From: an uncultured Planctomycetota bacterium
GTDB taxonomy: Bacteria > Planctomycetota > Planctomycetia > Isosphaerales > Isosphaeraceae
Length of the DNA stretch: 64,000 bases
Direction of reading: 5' to 3'
NCBI GenBank assembly: GCA_963845755.1
Contig: CAWJTV010000019.1
Coordinates: 224,001-288,000, forward strand
Shown: positions 35,601 to 46,111 of the stretch, piece after piece
Position numbering within the stretch: position 1 is the stretch's first letter
How the letters are laid out: each line of letters starts with the position of its first letter
Position numbers and translations under genes: made by a program
Notes under the pieces: model-generated
Told to the model about the DNA's origin: nothing
What the model saw: the letters and a program-made list of their open reading frames with translations, nothing else
Database searches by the model: none

Positions 35601-36456
35601 CACGCCCACACCCACCCCGACGCCCACGCCAACACCAACACCAACACCAACACCGACTCCGACACCCACGCCCACTCCGACACCCACGCCCACTCCGACA
35701 CCCACCCCGACGCCCGCACCGCCCCGAACTCCCTTGCCAACGGCACCGTTGAACCTGGCGGCGGTCGCGGTGGGAGCCTCTGAGATCGACCTCTCCTGGC
35801 TGCCCTCACTGGGAGCGTCGCAATATCTGGTGGAGCGAAGTGTTGATGGAGGCCCGTGGAGCGTGATCGCGAGTGGGATCCTGGCACCGCTGTATGACGA
35901 CTCGGGGCTCGCTCCGGCGACGGCCTACGCGTACTGCATCGTGGCGGCTTCCAGAGCCGGTGACTCGCCGGCCAGCGCACCGGCCGTCGCGGCGACGCCT
36001 CCCCTGGCGGACGCATTGTCGATCCAGCCCCTGAGCATCGTGGCGACTCGGAAACTGCCGTTCACCGGGACCGTGGCGACCTTCACCGATGCGAACGTCT
36101 TGACCTCATCGGGGAGCTTCGTGGCGATCATCCACTGGGGAGACGGTCATGTCAGCCGGGGGACGATTACCGGTGACGACGGCGCGTTCTCGGTGATCGC
36201 CCGGCACACGTATTCCGCCCTCGGCCATGATGTGGTCCGGGTGACCGTGACGATGTCCGCGCCGGCCACAGCCGGCGCCTCGTCGGCGTCAACCGCAATC
36301 GTCGTCACCCGCGCGCGGAACCTGAACCGGAAGATCGCGCGGCTCCATCCCAGCCCGGTGAAAAGTCGTCGCATCCGGGCAGTCGGCGATCACCCCATGC
36401 GGACATCCCTCCCGCGGCCTCCGCACCGATCGGCACCAGGACGCCCGAGTTCCTGA
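32638..36456 (+). CDS. Large extracellular protein: parallel beta-helix region, (TP)n linker, FN3 and Ig-like domains
   Basis: ELESRCLL planctomycete leader; repeated I.GN.I/I.DN strands; TP repeat; PLNL.A...IDLSW...Y.VERS...YDDSGL.P.T.Y.Y (FN3); IHWGDG. Confidence 0.75.
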   Translation: MKLFNNPRRPRRRSLGFVELESRCLLTATVTCLGQDGQDLVGPDASQGPDGIQDLHLHFADLSGTVSSIAIQAPGGFQWATAPDPTGAALAEYFPSATTGQGDLYLNPQVKSDQPPPGGSLPLGGSTGSLIELTSGASLTVTIDYQGQGTPDVVTVPVSNLVSATDPMPATPVPADVVGTFQVADDGQDGTGLSYEQGFVHLVVTAPSGVAFDSNTFGQVAWGLSDTVGNAWDSTTASLGHNHLYASLRANSTNVVDLYFPPDGNDAPPSGSNDPTMLLQVGLPDDGQVYATAFAGADWDPTLMTAAPNAQAPPTPPTTEAQLRADLMSTSPEYDTIDLPANQTIAITQPLEITHTVTIVGNGATLFFQQGDTAAWPADASGAIYVNASPYSNIQLTLENFTIRFDMSVPIRWSNPAGTQPALWDPENDPGGITKAVIDTRDSNTNLNRDLLTLTGMTVYGPPAFDGSAYSNLQAQLVQSGDTSDEYVGEQDIDLIRANDADLGTIADSTFQGGSIEVFGGPWTITGNTILGSTADTYSPGAFALHGSDDAVVEDNQVSQSDPAGRVFRLIVLATGGTGSTIADNTFGGGAGQVGNELSYNSSIGQFDGINDPEVILAESTYGVLFEGRPGAISADGRLLVLPNLRVSAVPASTGPGMVVSILSGVDGDGTSDMTLAGQWFPVAQQVSLVGNTIELLMANPLPAPPPGGYYVVEVTGGYVNDTIEGNTIDLTGKSSTAIKLDGEDYGIRIVGNHIIGGTTYDDGYNGTAIFLGAAIGSAPSGSGAFPLSWGWTALPSLGAVIEGNVIQDSLGGIILGVEHSDDYWTAQVGTTSETGRVFLTATVTGNTFEYDAAFLNAWAAAYVAERNDPAQDSTPPTVTIGSGWSAEAPGQYAGPRFPWTVGGALTVNGSDQPIFVDPIENVVTVQGNSVEDISANGTTTAQTGPSGQVYEGIVNGVTVAPTLTPQTYNNEPYYPFNLDNLDIAAAITPTPTPTPTPTPTPTPTPTPTPTPTPTPTPTPTPTPTPAPPRTPLPTAPLNLAAVAVGASEIDLSWLPSLGASQYLVERSVDGGPWSVIASGILAPLYDDSGLAPATAYAYCIVAASRAGDSPASAPAVAATPPLADALSIQPLSIVATRKLPFTGTVATFTDANVLTSSGSFVAIIHWGDGHVSRGTITGDDGAFSVIARHTYSALGHDVVRVTVTMSAPATAGASSASTAIVVTRARNLNRKIARLHPSPVKSRRIRAVGDHPMRTSLPRPPHRSAPGRPSS
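35602..35717 (+). repeat. Coding Thr-Pro hexamer repeat (linker)
   Basis: ACNCCN tandem units encoding TPTPTP... Confidence 0.9.
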
Positions 36457-36496
36457 CAGGCCCTCGAGCGCTTCACGCTTGAGTTGAATACGGGCC

Positions 36497-36599
36497 CGTA
36501 GGGTGCTCTGTGAGCACCGATCCTCGCCACCGGCCCACCCGATGCGCCGGGGATTTTGGTGGGCCTCACGCCGCGATGCGGCGTTCGACCCACCCTACG
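36497..36599. repeat. GTAG-type REP-like element at the trailer end of the array
   Basis: CGTAGGGTG...CACCCTACG terminal inverted repeat with internal hairpins (GGTGCTC-tgt-GAGCACC). Confidence 0.55.
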
Positions 36600-36615
36600 A
36601 CCCGTTTCGTAAACC

Positions 36616-39600
36616 CTTCCAATCCCCGCGGAATCAGGGGTCACTTAGATCTGGTCGCCGACGACGAGGGCCGGCTCTGCCCGTTTCAATCCCCGCGGAA
36701 TCAGGGGTCACTTAGATCCGTTCAAATCGCAGGGGCGAGGGCCGAACACCAGAAGTTTCAATCCCCGCTGAATCAGGGGTCACTTAGATCTGGGCTACGG
36801 TGGATTTCGTTGTCCTGGCAGCAGTCTCAATCCCCGCTGAATCAGGGGTCACTTAGATCCAGAAAGAAGGGACCATGAACAACGATCCCAGTTTCAATCC
36901 CCGCTGAATCAGGGGTCACTTAGATCAGTGACCTGTCCCCGAGCTCAAAATCCGCGTCTTGAGTTTCAATCCCCGCTGAATCAGGGGTCACTTAGATCGA
37001 TATGGTCCGATGTCGAGCGCTCTGCGCAACACCGTTTCAATCCCCGCTGAATCAGGGGTCACTTAGATCTCGAAGGGGCGGTGGGAGAAGCAGAGAATTA
37101 GATGTGTTTCAATCCCCGCTGAATCAGGGGTCACTTAGATCCTCACCAGGGCTCATCCCGGTCCTTCAACGCTAGTTTCAATCCCCGCTGAATCAGGGGT
37201 CACTTAGATCCAACGATGCGAACAAAGCCAAGTTGGCTGGCTTGTTTCAATCCCCGCTGAATCAGGGGTCACTTAGATCTTCGAAGTGCACAACACAACG
37301 CTTCTCGCCTTGGTTTCAATCCCCGCTGAATCAGGGGTCACTTAGATCATGCCCACGCCGACGACCGCGGCCGGCCGCAAGTTTCAATCCCCGCTGAATC
37401 AGGGGTCACTTAGATCTGGGCCTGCCGGCGGTCGCCGCGTTGGTGCGGTTGGTTTCAATCCCCGCTGAATCAGGGGTCACTTAGATCACGTCCCAGCCAT
37501 GGCCGAGCGCAAGCACATGTTTCAATCCCCGCTGAATCAGGGGTCACTTAGATCGAATACCAGGACTCGGAATTCGAGCTGCACGCGGAGTTTCAATCCC
37601 CGCTGAATCAGGGGTCACTTAGATCCATTATTCTCCTGATTCTGAGATACGGCGCGTCCGTTTCAATCCCCGCTGAATCAGGGGTCACTTAGATCGAATC
37701 CTCGACATCCAGCCGGCCGCGGGGTTCGTTTCAATCCCCGCTGAATCAGGGGTCACTTAGATCATTGTCAACTCCAACGTTCGTTCTGCAAAGGAATCGT
37801 TTCAATCCCCGCTGAATCAGGGGTCACTTAGATCTCGCTGCCGCCGCCAATGCTGCTCAAGCGGAGAGGAAGTTTCAATCCCCGCTGAATCAGGGGTCAC
37901 TTAGATCACAGGTCGAACCGGGTGTGTTGCCCGGTCGAATCGGTTTCAATCCCCGCTGAATCAGGGGTCACTTAGATCGATGCGACGTCTCAAGAGAATG
38001 GGCTGGCGCGCCATGTTTCAATCCCCGCTGAATCAGGGATCACTTAGATCTGGATGTACCGATCTATCGCCGGTGCATGATGTTTCAATCCCCGCTGAAT
38101 CAGGGGTCACTTAGATCTGGTTCACCCGCGCCATCTCCGAAGCCCTAAAAGTTTCAATCCCCGCTGAATCAGGGGTCACTTAGATCGACGAACCGGACGA
38201 TGCCGATAAGCTCGCTGGTTTCAATCCCCGCTGAATCAGGGGTCACTTAGATCGGAAGTTCCTCAACATGAGCACCTGGACTTCTGCGTTTCAATCCCCG
38301 CTGAATCAGGGGTCACTTAGATCAAACGCAGACTTTGTACGGAAACAAAGCTCCTGGTGGTTTCAATCCCCGCTGAATCAGGGGTCACTTAGATCGGCGA
38401 CTTCGCCACGCTGACCGGCGGCGACTAGTTTCAATCCCCGCTGAATCAGGGGTCACTTAGATCTGGATCGACGCCTGCAGAATGAACCCACCTCGTTTCA
38501 ATCCCCGCTGAATCAGGGGTCACTTAGATCAACATGCAGAGGCTCTCGACAGAATTCGGGCCAAATGGTTTCAATCCCCGCTGAATCAGGGGTCACTTAG
38601 ATCGCACTGCGGGCAATATGTTCGGGCTTTTAGTTTCAATCCCCGCTGAATCAGGGGTCACTTAGATCGCTGCGCCTCACCGAGTCTCACCGGGACGATA
38701 TGTTTCAATCCCCGCTGAATCAGGGGTCACTTAGATCAGTACAGCGAGCGGCCAGTTTGCTTCACGGCTGTTTCAATCCCCGCTGAATCAGGGGTCACTT
38801 AGATCGTCCGACGTCTACTGGATCACGCTGACGGAGGACGGTTTCAATCCCCGCTGAATCAGGGGTCACTTAGATCGAGAACCGCCAAGTTCGACGCTGC
38901 GCTTCGCGTTTCAATCCCCGCTGAATCAGGGGTCACTTAGATCAACAACTGTTTTGGTTCGTCGTGAAGATGCTCGTTTCAATCCCCGCTGAATCAGGGG
39001 TCACTTAGATCGGTATACCATAAGGTTCAACCGACCCAAACTAGTTTCAATCCCCGCTGAATCAGGGGTCACTTAGATCGCAAAGGGAGATGTCGTCATC
39101 ATCCCGCCCACGGCGTTTCAATCCCCGCTGAATCAGGGGTCACTTAGATCAATATTAGAATAATTGTAGGTAGAGAAGAGTGTTTCAATCCCCGCTGAAT
39201 CAGGGGTCACTTAGATCTTCGGTCCTCGCTTTGATGAGCTGCCTTTCTGTTTCAATCCCCGCTGAATCAGGGGTCACTTAGATCGAAGGCACTCGAAGAG
39301 AGCGCTAGCTCCTTGGGAGAGGAGGTTTCAATCCCCGCTGAATCAGGGGTCACTTAGATCCCATTCCAGACAGACCGCTTCCGCAGGCAACAGTTTCAAT
39401 CCCCGCTGAATCAGGGGTCACTTAGATCCACGGCGCTCAACGAGGCCAAGCCGCGCGTCAAGCCGAGTTTCAATCCCCGCTGAATCAGGGGTCACTTAGA
39501 TCAAGAGCGCTGGCATTGCCTTCGCTCCCTTCGTTTCAATCCCCGCTGAATCAGGGGTCACTTAGATCTCCAGCTGCTGCACGTCTCCGCCGCCATGAAG

Positions 39601-40325
39601 TTTCAATCCCCGCTGAATCAGGGGTCACTTAGATCAAAAGCGCTTCTTCTACTTTCTTTTTTTTTCTGTCGTTTCAATCCCCGCTGAATCAGGGGTCACT
39701 TAGATCACAAACTGTAGCAGCATCAGCACAGTGAGTGCCTTGTTTCAATCCCCGCTGAATCAGGGGTCACTTAGATCATCTGTCGGGCGTGTCGCGATGG
39801 AAAATGAAGTTTCAATCCCCGCTGAATCAGGGGTCACTTAGATCAAGTGCCTTTCATCGAGATCATACTCACTTGTTTCAATCCCCGCTGAATCAGGGGT
39901 CACTTAGATCACCGAACTGGTCCAGGACGGTATGTCCTACGCGTTTCAATCCCCGCTGAATCAGGGGTCACTTAGATCGGAAGTGCCAGGGCTCATCGAA
40001 ACGGCTCTTGTTTCAATCCCCGCTGAATCAGGGGTCACTTAGATCTTTACCGGGAGTGGACCGACAAGGATAGGCCGCACGTTTCAATCCCCGCTGAATC
40101 AGGGGTCACTTAGATCGGGTCGAGAGTAGCCAGTCGGTCGGTGTGGTTGGCGGTTTCAATCCCCGCTGAATCAGGGGTCACTTAGATCCTAAGTTCTACA
40201 AGGTCATCAAGGACCTCAACGTTTCAATCCCCGCTGAATCAGGGGTCACTTAGATCGCAAAGAAATGTGTAGTAGTTAAAAGTCGAGTAGTTTCAATCCC
40301 CGCTGAATCAGGGGTCACTTAGATC
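36616..40325 (-). CRISPR. CRISPR array, 54 repeats / 53 spacers (manual count); 36-nt repeat, transcribed-strand sequence GATCTAAGTGACCCCTGATTCAGCGGGGATTGAAAC
   Basis: Plus-strand repeat GTTTCAATCCCCGCTGAATCAGGGGTCACTTAGATC; spacers about 29-40 nt. Degenerate copies at 36616, 36683 and 36824 mark the trailer; the ATTGAAAC 3' end and adjacent cas2 fix the orientation. Confidence 0.97.
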
Positions 40326-40700
40326 TGCACATCCGGCCACATGTAATCTGGAAATCGTCCCAGACTGTCCTGGCATATCGACTTCCGATCAATCCGGGAT
40401 GCACGTGCCGACAAGTTAACGCGCAGTATCCCACTTGGCCACCCCTCACGTGGTTTTTTTCGGCTTGCGTTTCCGCCGGCGCCAACCAAAGCGAGAGGCG
40501 CAAACGGCGTCCCCGCGTCCCCGAGAGGACCCAGAGCAAGACCGAGGCCGCAAACCGCGGCCAGCCGCCCTGCTGTAGCGACCCGCTCATTCGCGCCCGT
40601 GGGGCCAACCTACGCCCCGGCAGGAAACGAACGGGAGTCGCGGGGGAGCGATGAACCCCCGTGCGGTATACGCTGGAACTCCCTCGGAAGTGCGAACCAT
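40326..40700 (-). promoter_or_regulatory. CRISPR leader
   Basis: Non-coding interval between the cas2 stop and the first non-degenerate repeat; position-based inference. Confidence 0.6.
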
Positions 40701-40973
40701 TCACACCACGATCACGGCATCCTCGGCGACCGGATCGCGCTGCCAGGAGATGCGTCGTTTGGGGAATCGGCGGTCGATGGGGAAAAGATCGAACGCATCG
40801 GTCTTGGCCAGCAGCAGGCCCACGCGGAACCGCAGTTCGTCGAGGTCCTCCGGCTCGACCTCGATCTCGAAGACGCTCCGCTGGACGCGGCGGCCATACT
40901 CCAGGAGGATCTCGGCGACGCGGGCCCGCCGGGAATCGCGGGTGACATCGTAGGCGGCGACGTAAAGGCTCAT
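40701..40973 (-). CDS. cas2: CRISPR-associated Cas2
   Basis: YVAAYDV, RRARVA..L..YGRRVQRSVFE; 90 aa; adjacent to the array. Confidence 0.93.
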   Translation of the reverse strand: MSLYVAAYDVTRDSRRARVAEILLEYGRRVQRSVFEIEVEPEDLDELRFRVGLLLAKTDAFDLFPIDRRFPKRRISWQRDPVAEDAVIVV

Positions 40974-43738
40974 GGGTGTTCGAACGGCTCCCAGGGTGAT
41001 TCGGGGTCGACCAACCGGCGTCTCAAACCGCGGGCCGTGGCGAGAAACTGCGCCAGCCAGGGCCGCGGCTCGGTCTGGCCTTTGCCGATGACGCCCGTCT
41101 TCCAGCTCCTCTGCATCAGCGCGTGAAACGTCTTCGCGGCGTGGTGCTCCAGTACCAGTGGATAAGGACCGTCAAAGCGCGGGACGAACTGGGACGGCTT
41201 CAAAATGCGCGTGGCCAGGATCACGGCCCGCTCTACCAGATGACGGAACGGCTCCTGAAGGTCGGCGGCGAGCGAGGCATAACGGCCGTCACTGGCGTGC
41301 AGGAACCCGACCGCGGGCGAAAGTCCCGCCGCCCGGCAGGCGGCGATCGCATGGCGGTAGAGCATCGTATGGCCCATGTTCAGCATCACGTTGACCGGGT
41401 CGCCGGCATCGGGCGCACGCGCAGATGAAACGAAAACCCCCTGCCGAGAAGCGAGGGGAGCCGCCGATACCACGCCGCCGCGCCCGACCCTTCATGCCCG
41501 CGCAGCGCGTCGAGCGACCCGGCCGTCATGCATTCCTCCGCCAGCTCGCGGAGCCGGACGGCGGTCGGTTCGCCGGGCTCGGTCGCGGCTTCCAGCAGGG
41601 CTGCGAAGTTCCGCAGCTTGGCCCGAACCAGCGGACGCGCCAGGAGCAGGGCGCATCGCCGGGTCGGCGGCAGCCAGGCATTGCAGCAAGATCGCCTCGG
41701 GATCGTCGGGTGGCTCGCTCACCAGATCGCCGATGGGCCAGCCCGCGTCGGAGAGCAGATGAACCGGAATCTTGCTGCGAAGGAGCTTGCCGGGAGCATC
41801 CGGGCTCCAGCCGGCCGGCCCCAGCACGATCAGCCGCTCCAGCGTGCTCAACGGGACGTCCTTGTCGTCGCTCTCGTCGGGGCCGCGAATCTTGAGTGAG
41901 TCGCCCACCACGTCCAGAAGCGTGATCCCCGGCCCAGCCACGATCACTCCCGCACCCACCTGGTGGGGCGTCTCCTGGGGCAACGCGAGCGCGAGCACCG
42001 ACGGCGTTCGATCAGCGTCCTTCCAGCCCAGCTCCTGCACCCGTCGCGGACCCGATGGCCCCGCGTACTGCCATCGCTCCTCATGACGAAATCGGTACCC
42101 CAGGAAGTCGAACGGCTCGCGGACGTCGATCACGGCGGAATCGGCGTTGAGCTGAAGCAGGAGATCGGCGGCCAGCTCCTGCGCGCGGACGTGCAGCCGC
42201 TCGGCATCGCCGCGTCGGCGCGTGAAGATCAGGAAGTCGTCCGCGTACCGGACCAGCCGTCCTCCCTCGTTCTCGATCGCTTCGTCGAACTGGTCGAGCA
42301 GCAGGTTTCCCAGCAGCGGAGAAAGGGGCGCGCCGGTGGGTATCCCCACGTCGCCCGGCAGCTCGGCCTCGACGAAGGACCACACCGCCGCCGTCGCTCG
42401 GTCGTCGCCGAGACAGGCTTCCAGCCGGTCGCGCGCGAGCTGACGCGGAACGCGATCGAAGAAACGGTCGAAGTCGGCGCGCACCGCAAAATGCCAGCCG
42501 TCGTTGACCAGGCGCTCGATGCGACGCGCCGCCGACGCGCGATTCAGTCCCCGACGCCAGGCGAATGAGGAGGTCTCGAAGAGTCGGTCCAGGGCCGGAC
42601 CCAGCCGCGCCAGGATCAATCGCTGCAAAGCCCGGTCCTCGACCGGCGGGATGCGCAGCTCGCGCGACGCGCCGTCAGCCGATCGCAAGACCACGCGATG
42701 AGCCTGGCCCGGCTGGTACGTGCCGGCCCTCAATTCTTCGGCGGCACGCCGGAATGCCTCGGGCTCGAGGTCATGCTCCGCGGCGGAATGTGAGATGGCC
42801 GCGGGCGAGAGGCAGAGATCCAGCAAGGGCCTGGCCCGCTGGCACTCGGTCGGATCGGGGCCAAGCTCCTCGATGCGGTAGCGACCAAAGCCGAAGTGCA
42901 GGTTCTTGCCGATGCGGGTGTACTGTCCCCACATCAGCGCCGCGACGGCGACCGGGTCGTGCACGGCGACGGTGATCCGCCCGAGCGCGCCCCGAGCGAC
43001 TTCCGCTCGTCGCGCCGCCCGTACTCGAGGTCGAGCCACGTCAGACGATTCGCCAGCAGCGTGATGGCCGAATCGTCAAAGGGGGCCTCGGCACCAGTAT
43101 CGGTATCGGTGTTATGATCGCGGCGACGTAGCCCGATGGCCGCGAGCCGCTTCTGGACGGTACGAAGGAACTGCCCGACGTGCAGGCCGGCGGCATCGGC
43201 GTAGCGATGTCCGGACTGCGCTTCGGAGCCGGGCCGTTCGAGCCGGAGCGGGCTGTGGAATCGAAGCGTCAGCGACTGGCCGGCCATGGCGTACAGCCGT
43301 TCGAGCTCCCGGTCGATCGTATCCAGACCGAGTGCCGCAAACGGTTCGCCCGGTGCCAGAGATCGTTTCGCGACGAGGTCTTGCACGTTGACGAGGTCGA
43401 AATTGCCTCCCAGCGCGACGGGCTTTCGCGGAGCGTCGTGCCCCACCCTGGCGAGCCCCTCGGAGATCGCGCAACCGCCGCAGCGCCATCGCGGGGTCGA
43501 ACTCGATGAGCGTGGCGCCAAAGGCAAAAAGATCGCCGGGCTCGTACCGATCGCGACACTGCTCCGGGGCATCCAGGAGCAATCCCTCCGGCATGTGCGA
43601 CGGCCGATCGGCGTCGTTCCCCCGAGCGGCATCACACAAGAGTGCGTAAAGGATGGCGTTCTGGTGACTGTGCAGAGTCCACGCCGATCGCGCGCGAAGC
43701 GTCCAGCGGACGCGGAAGAACGGTGTCTCGATTGACAT
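40970..43738 (-). CDS. cas1: Cas6-reverse transcriptase-Cas1 fusion (several frameshifts in the assembly)
   Basis: N-terminal RAMP region with LTLRFHSPLRL and G-loop IGKNLHFGFGRY, in the same ORF (41492..43039) as RT motifs RELRIP...DRALQ, ADFDRFFD, GIPTGAPLSPLLGN, RYADDF. Cas1 follows: LRGHEG, DPVNVMLN, GFLH, LAADLQEPFR. It overlaps the cas2 start (ATGA). Confidence 0.88.
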
Positions 43739-44066
43739 CGATCCAGCTCCCGGATCATGAGGGGATTGGGAGAAGCGGGGCCGTCGGCTCCGACACGGGT
43801 CCCCAGCGTCGCCGGAATCCGTAATCGGGCAAGGAGCCGCCGTACCAGCCTTCCGGTCGAGCGATCAGGAAACGGTTTTGGGGCCGGTCCCCTGGGATCC
43901 GCGCGAACCGATCCGCGACGACGGCGCTCCGGTCGCAAGGGAACACGACGACAGTCAACCGCACACCGGGGAGGATCCGCGCGGTCTCCCGGGCGCTCTC
44001 AGCCGGGGCTGTCGGTTCGTTCGGCAGTGATCCCCTGGGCAGAGCGGTTGGCCACTGGGAGTTTGG

Positions 44067-44680
44067 TCAGGCGATCAAATCCGTCGCAAGTTCCTGAGCC
44101 TGTTCGCGATCGTTTCTTGGTTGGCCAGACAGTTCGGAGAGCCCGTGGGCCACTTTCTTCGTGAACGACACCGTGATCCGATACCACGAGTAGCCTGCAA
44201 GCGCCGTAAGTAATACCCCCAAGAGGCCGACGAGCCAGGCCAACACGGCCTGGGAGACCCCGAACTCCGGCGCCACTGCCTGCCGATAAACAGCTCGCCG
44301 CACAGGGTGATGAGTGTGAAATTGAACACGGACGATCGGCAGATCCTTACCCTCGTCCTCATGTAATCGAACTGGCGGGACAGCCATTCGTCCCGCTTAC
44401 GGCCGAGGAGACGCGTCACGGTCGGGCCGTCGTCATGCATATATCTGCGTCGGATGCGTCAACTAATGGGATGGAGCAGGTCGTCAGCCAGGTTGTCGAC
44501 GAATACGCCAGCCGGGTAAAGAATCGGCAGCAGGGCTGCCGCGATGGCCACCTCCCACCCTTTGAGTTCCTTCAGCGCGGCGGGATCGAACCCGACGAAG
44601 CTCGCGACGAGCAGGCACAGCCAGATGCCCACCTGAACGCCGGAGATCAGCAAATCCACGAAGAGCAATGTCGTGTTCAT
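44067..44680 (-). CDS. Predicted 4-TM membrane protein of about 200 aa (in-frame TGA at 44459 and one frameshift near 44280)
   Basis: ORFs 44459..44680 and 44075..44440 share a frame; the C-terminus is in 44067..44387; four hydrophobic segments; start overlaps the NTPase stop (ATGA 44677-44680). Confidence 0.65.
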
Positions 44681-45301
44681 GATTCTTGAAGGGCTGCAAC
44701 GCCTTGCGGGTTGACGGCGGGCTCCGGGGCGCTCGCCAGTCGGACCAGAAGCCGGGCTAACTCCCGGACCATCGGACGTTCGTGGACGGGCTCACCGCGT
44801 TCCAAACGATGGATCGAGCCGGTCAGGAGACCCGTGTCCTTCCAACGAACGTCATCTTCAATGCCCCCGTAGTCGCTCCAGATTTCGGCCACAACCGTCA
44901 GACCCACTCGAGCCGCGAACTCACGCCACTCGTCAAACGCACCGCGGTCGCCAGCCAGGAGTATGGCGTGGGTCGCCCCGGCGCTGATCTTCTCATTCTT
45001 CTCGTCGGGCACGCCCCCGATATCAACCAGCGTCAGTGGCTCCGCACAGTTTCTTACCGAATTGGCGACGAGTTGTACGAACTCGGGAGTGAATCGCGCT
45101 ATAGGCTTTCTTGTATGCCTGGGCCCTCGCGGAATCACGTCGAACGGTTTCCTGATACCAGGCTCCCTCACCGTCGGGACAGGCGGTGATGACATAGCAA
45201 TAGGGGGCGCCGGATATGTGCGACACCGCGTCCTTCAAACCCTGCCGCAGGCAAGACTTGCCCGACTGCGGTGGGCCGCACAAGACCACTTTGATGCTCA
45301 T
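44677..45301 (-). CDS. Csx3-associated P-loop NTPase (frameshift near 45100)
   Basis: Walker A GPPQSGKS, ACPDGEGAW motif, Walker B-like LVDIGG, ATHAILL; split between ORFs 45023..45301 and 44677..45195. Confidence 0.75.
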
Positions 45302-45355
45302 CGAGCACTCTCCGAACTGTCACAATCCCAAGGAAAACCCCTCGGAGATGATCGA

Positions 45356-45671
45356 TTACTCCAGTTGCTGCCCCAGTTCGAAACTCGGGGTCATGGGTGA
45401 TACACACGACGTAGCCGGGGGAGAGTTTTGGATCGCGCCAGGCCAGCGCCTCGAACTTATGAGCGACCTCATGTGCAAGCACCACGGCGACGAGCACCGA
45501 CACCGGCCCGTTGAACTTGACGAGCTTCCCACCGGTCAGGTTCAGCTCTCTGATGGCCGCCACTGCATCGCGAATGATCTCCGGGTTCTCCGCCGGGGCA
45601 CCGAATGAGGTGCGCAGTTCTACAACTCCATGGGATTCTTCTATGATCTCGACCGTATAATGCTTCGCCAC
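45356..45671 (-). CDS. csx3: Csx3/Crn3-family protein, divergent type (second copy)
   Basis: GGKLVKFNGPVSVLVAVVLAH...DPKL...YVVCITHDP. Removing one base near 45382 gives the natural end HDPEFELGQQLE*. GGAGG SD precedes GTG at 45671. Confidence 0.7.
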
Positions 45672-46111
45672 GTGCCCCTCCCATTGGTTCATCGCTCGTT
45701 GCGACAGCGCCGAAGCGATCGCACTCTACTGCGTCAGATCTCCACAAGCCCGCGGGCCTCTCACCAGCGGAAAGCCCGGGGGGCGGCGGACACTCAAGGT
45801 CGGCGGCCCGCGGCCCTGCCCATCGAGTTCGGAACCGAAGAGTATTCGCCGGGCTCCAACGAAGATTCAGGCTCCGCGCCGCCTGGGCAACTGGGTCAGC
45901 GGCCCAGCCCGCCGACCGCACACCTGATTGATCAGCATAAGCCACACCAGGGCGGATCCGCTACCGTGTGGCGTTCGAGAAAGACCTGGAGCACATTCAC
46001 GCTTGGATTGAGCACGCGGACTTGAGAAGCCGGTGCCGACAGATCGCGATCCCCCGACACTGGCACAGGACTGATCTCTTGGAGAGGCATGATTGACGAG
46101 ATCGGCGTACA

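Noticed and set aside
36503..36878. Short ORFs overlapping the array trailer
   Set aside because: They are translations of repeats and spacers.
41492..43039. RT as a group II intron, retron or DGR
   Set aside because: It is embedded between Cas6 and Cas1 domains next to cas2; I see no maturase/intron structure, msr-msd or TR/VR pair.
43933..43942. 10-nt match (TCGCAAGGGA) between mini-array spacer A and the region upstream of cas6-RT-cas1, suggesting self-regulation
   Set aside because: Pairing does not extend further, and an 11-nt match of the same spacer region occurs at 13059-13069 in an unrelated gene, so chance explains it. Worth retesting only with a proper hybridisation search.
44459..44461. 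In-frame TGA as selenocysteine or programmed readthrough
   Set aside because: I see no SECIS-like support or redox motif; a base-call error or nonsense mutation is simpler in this error-rich region.
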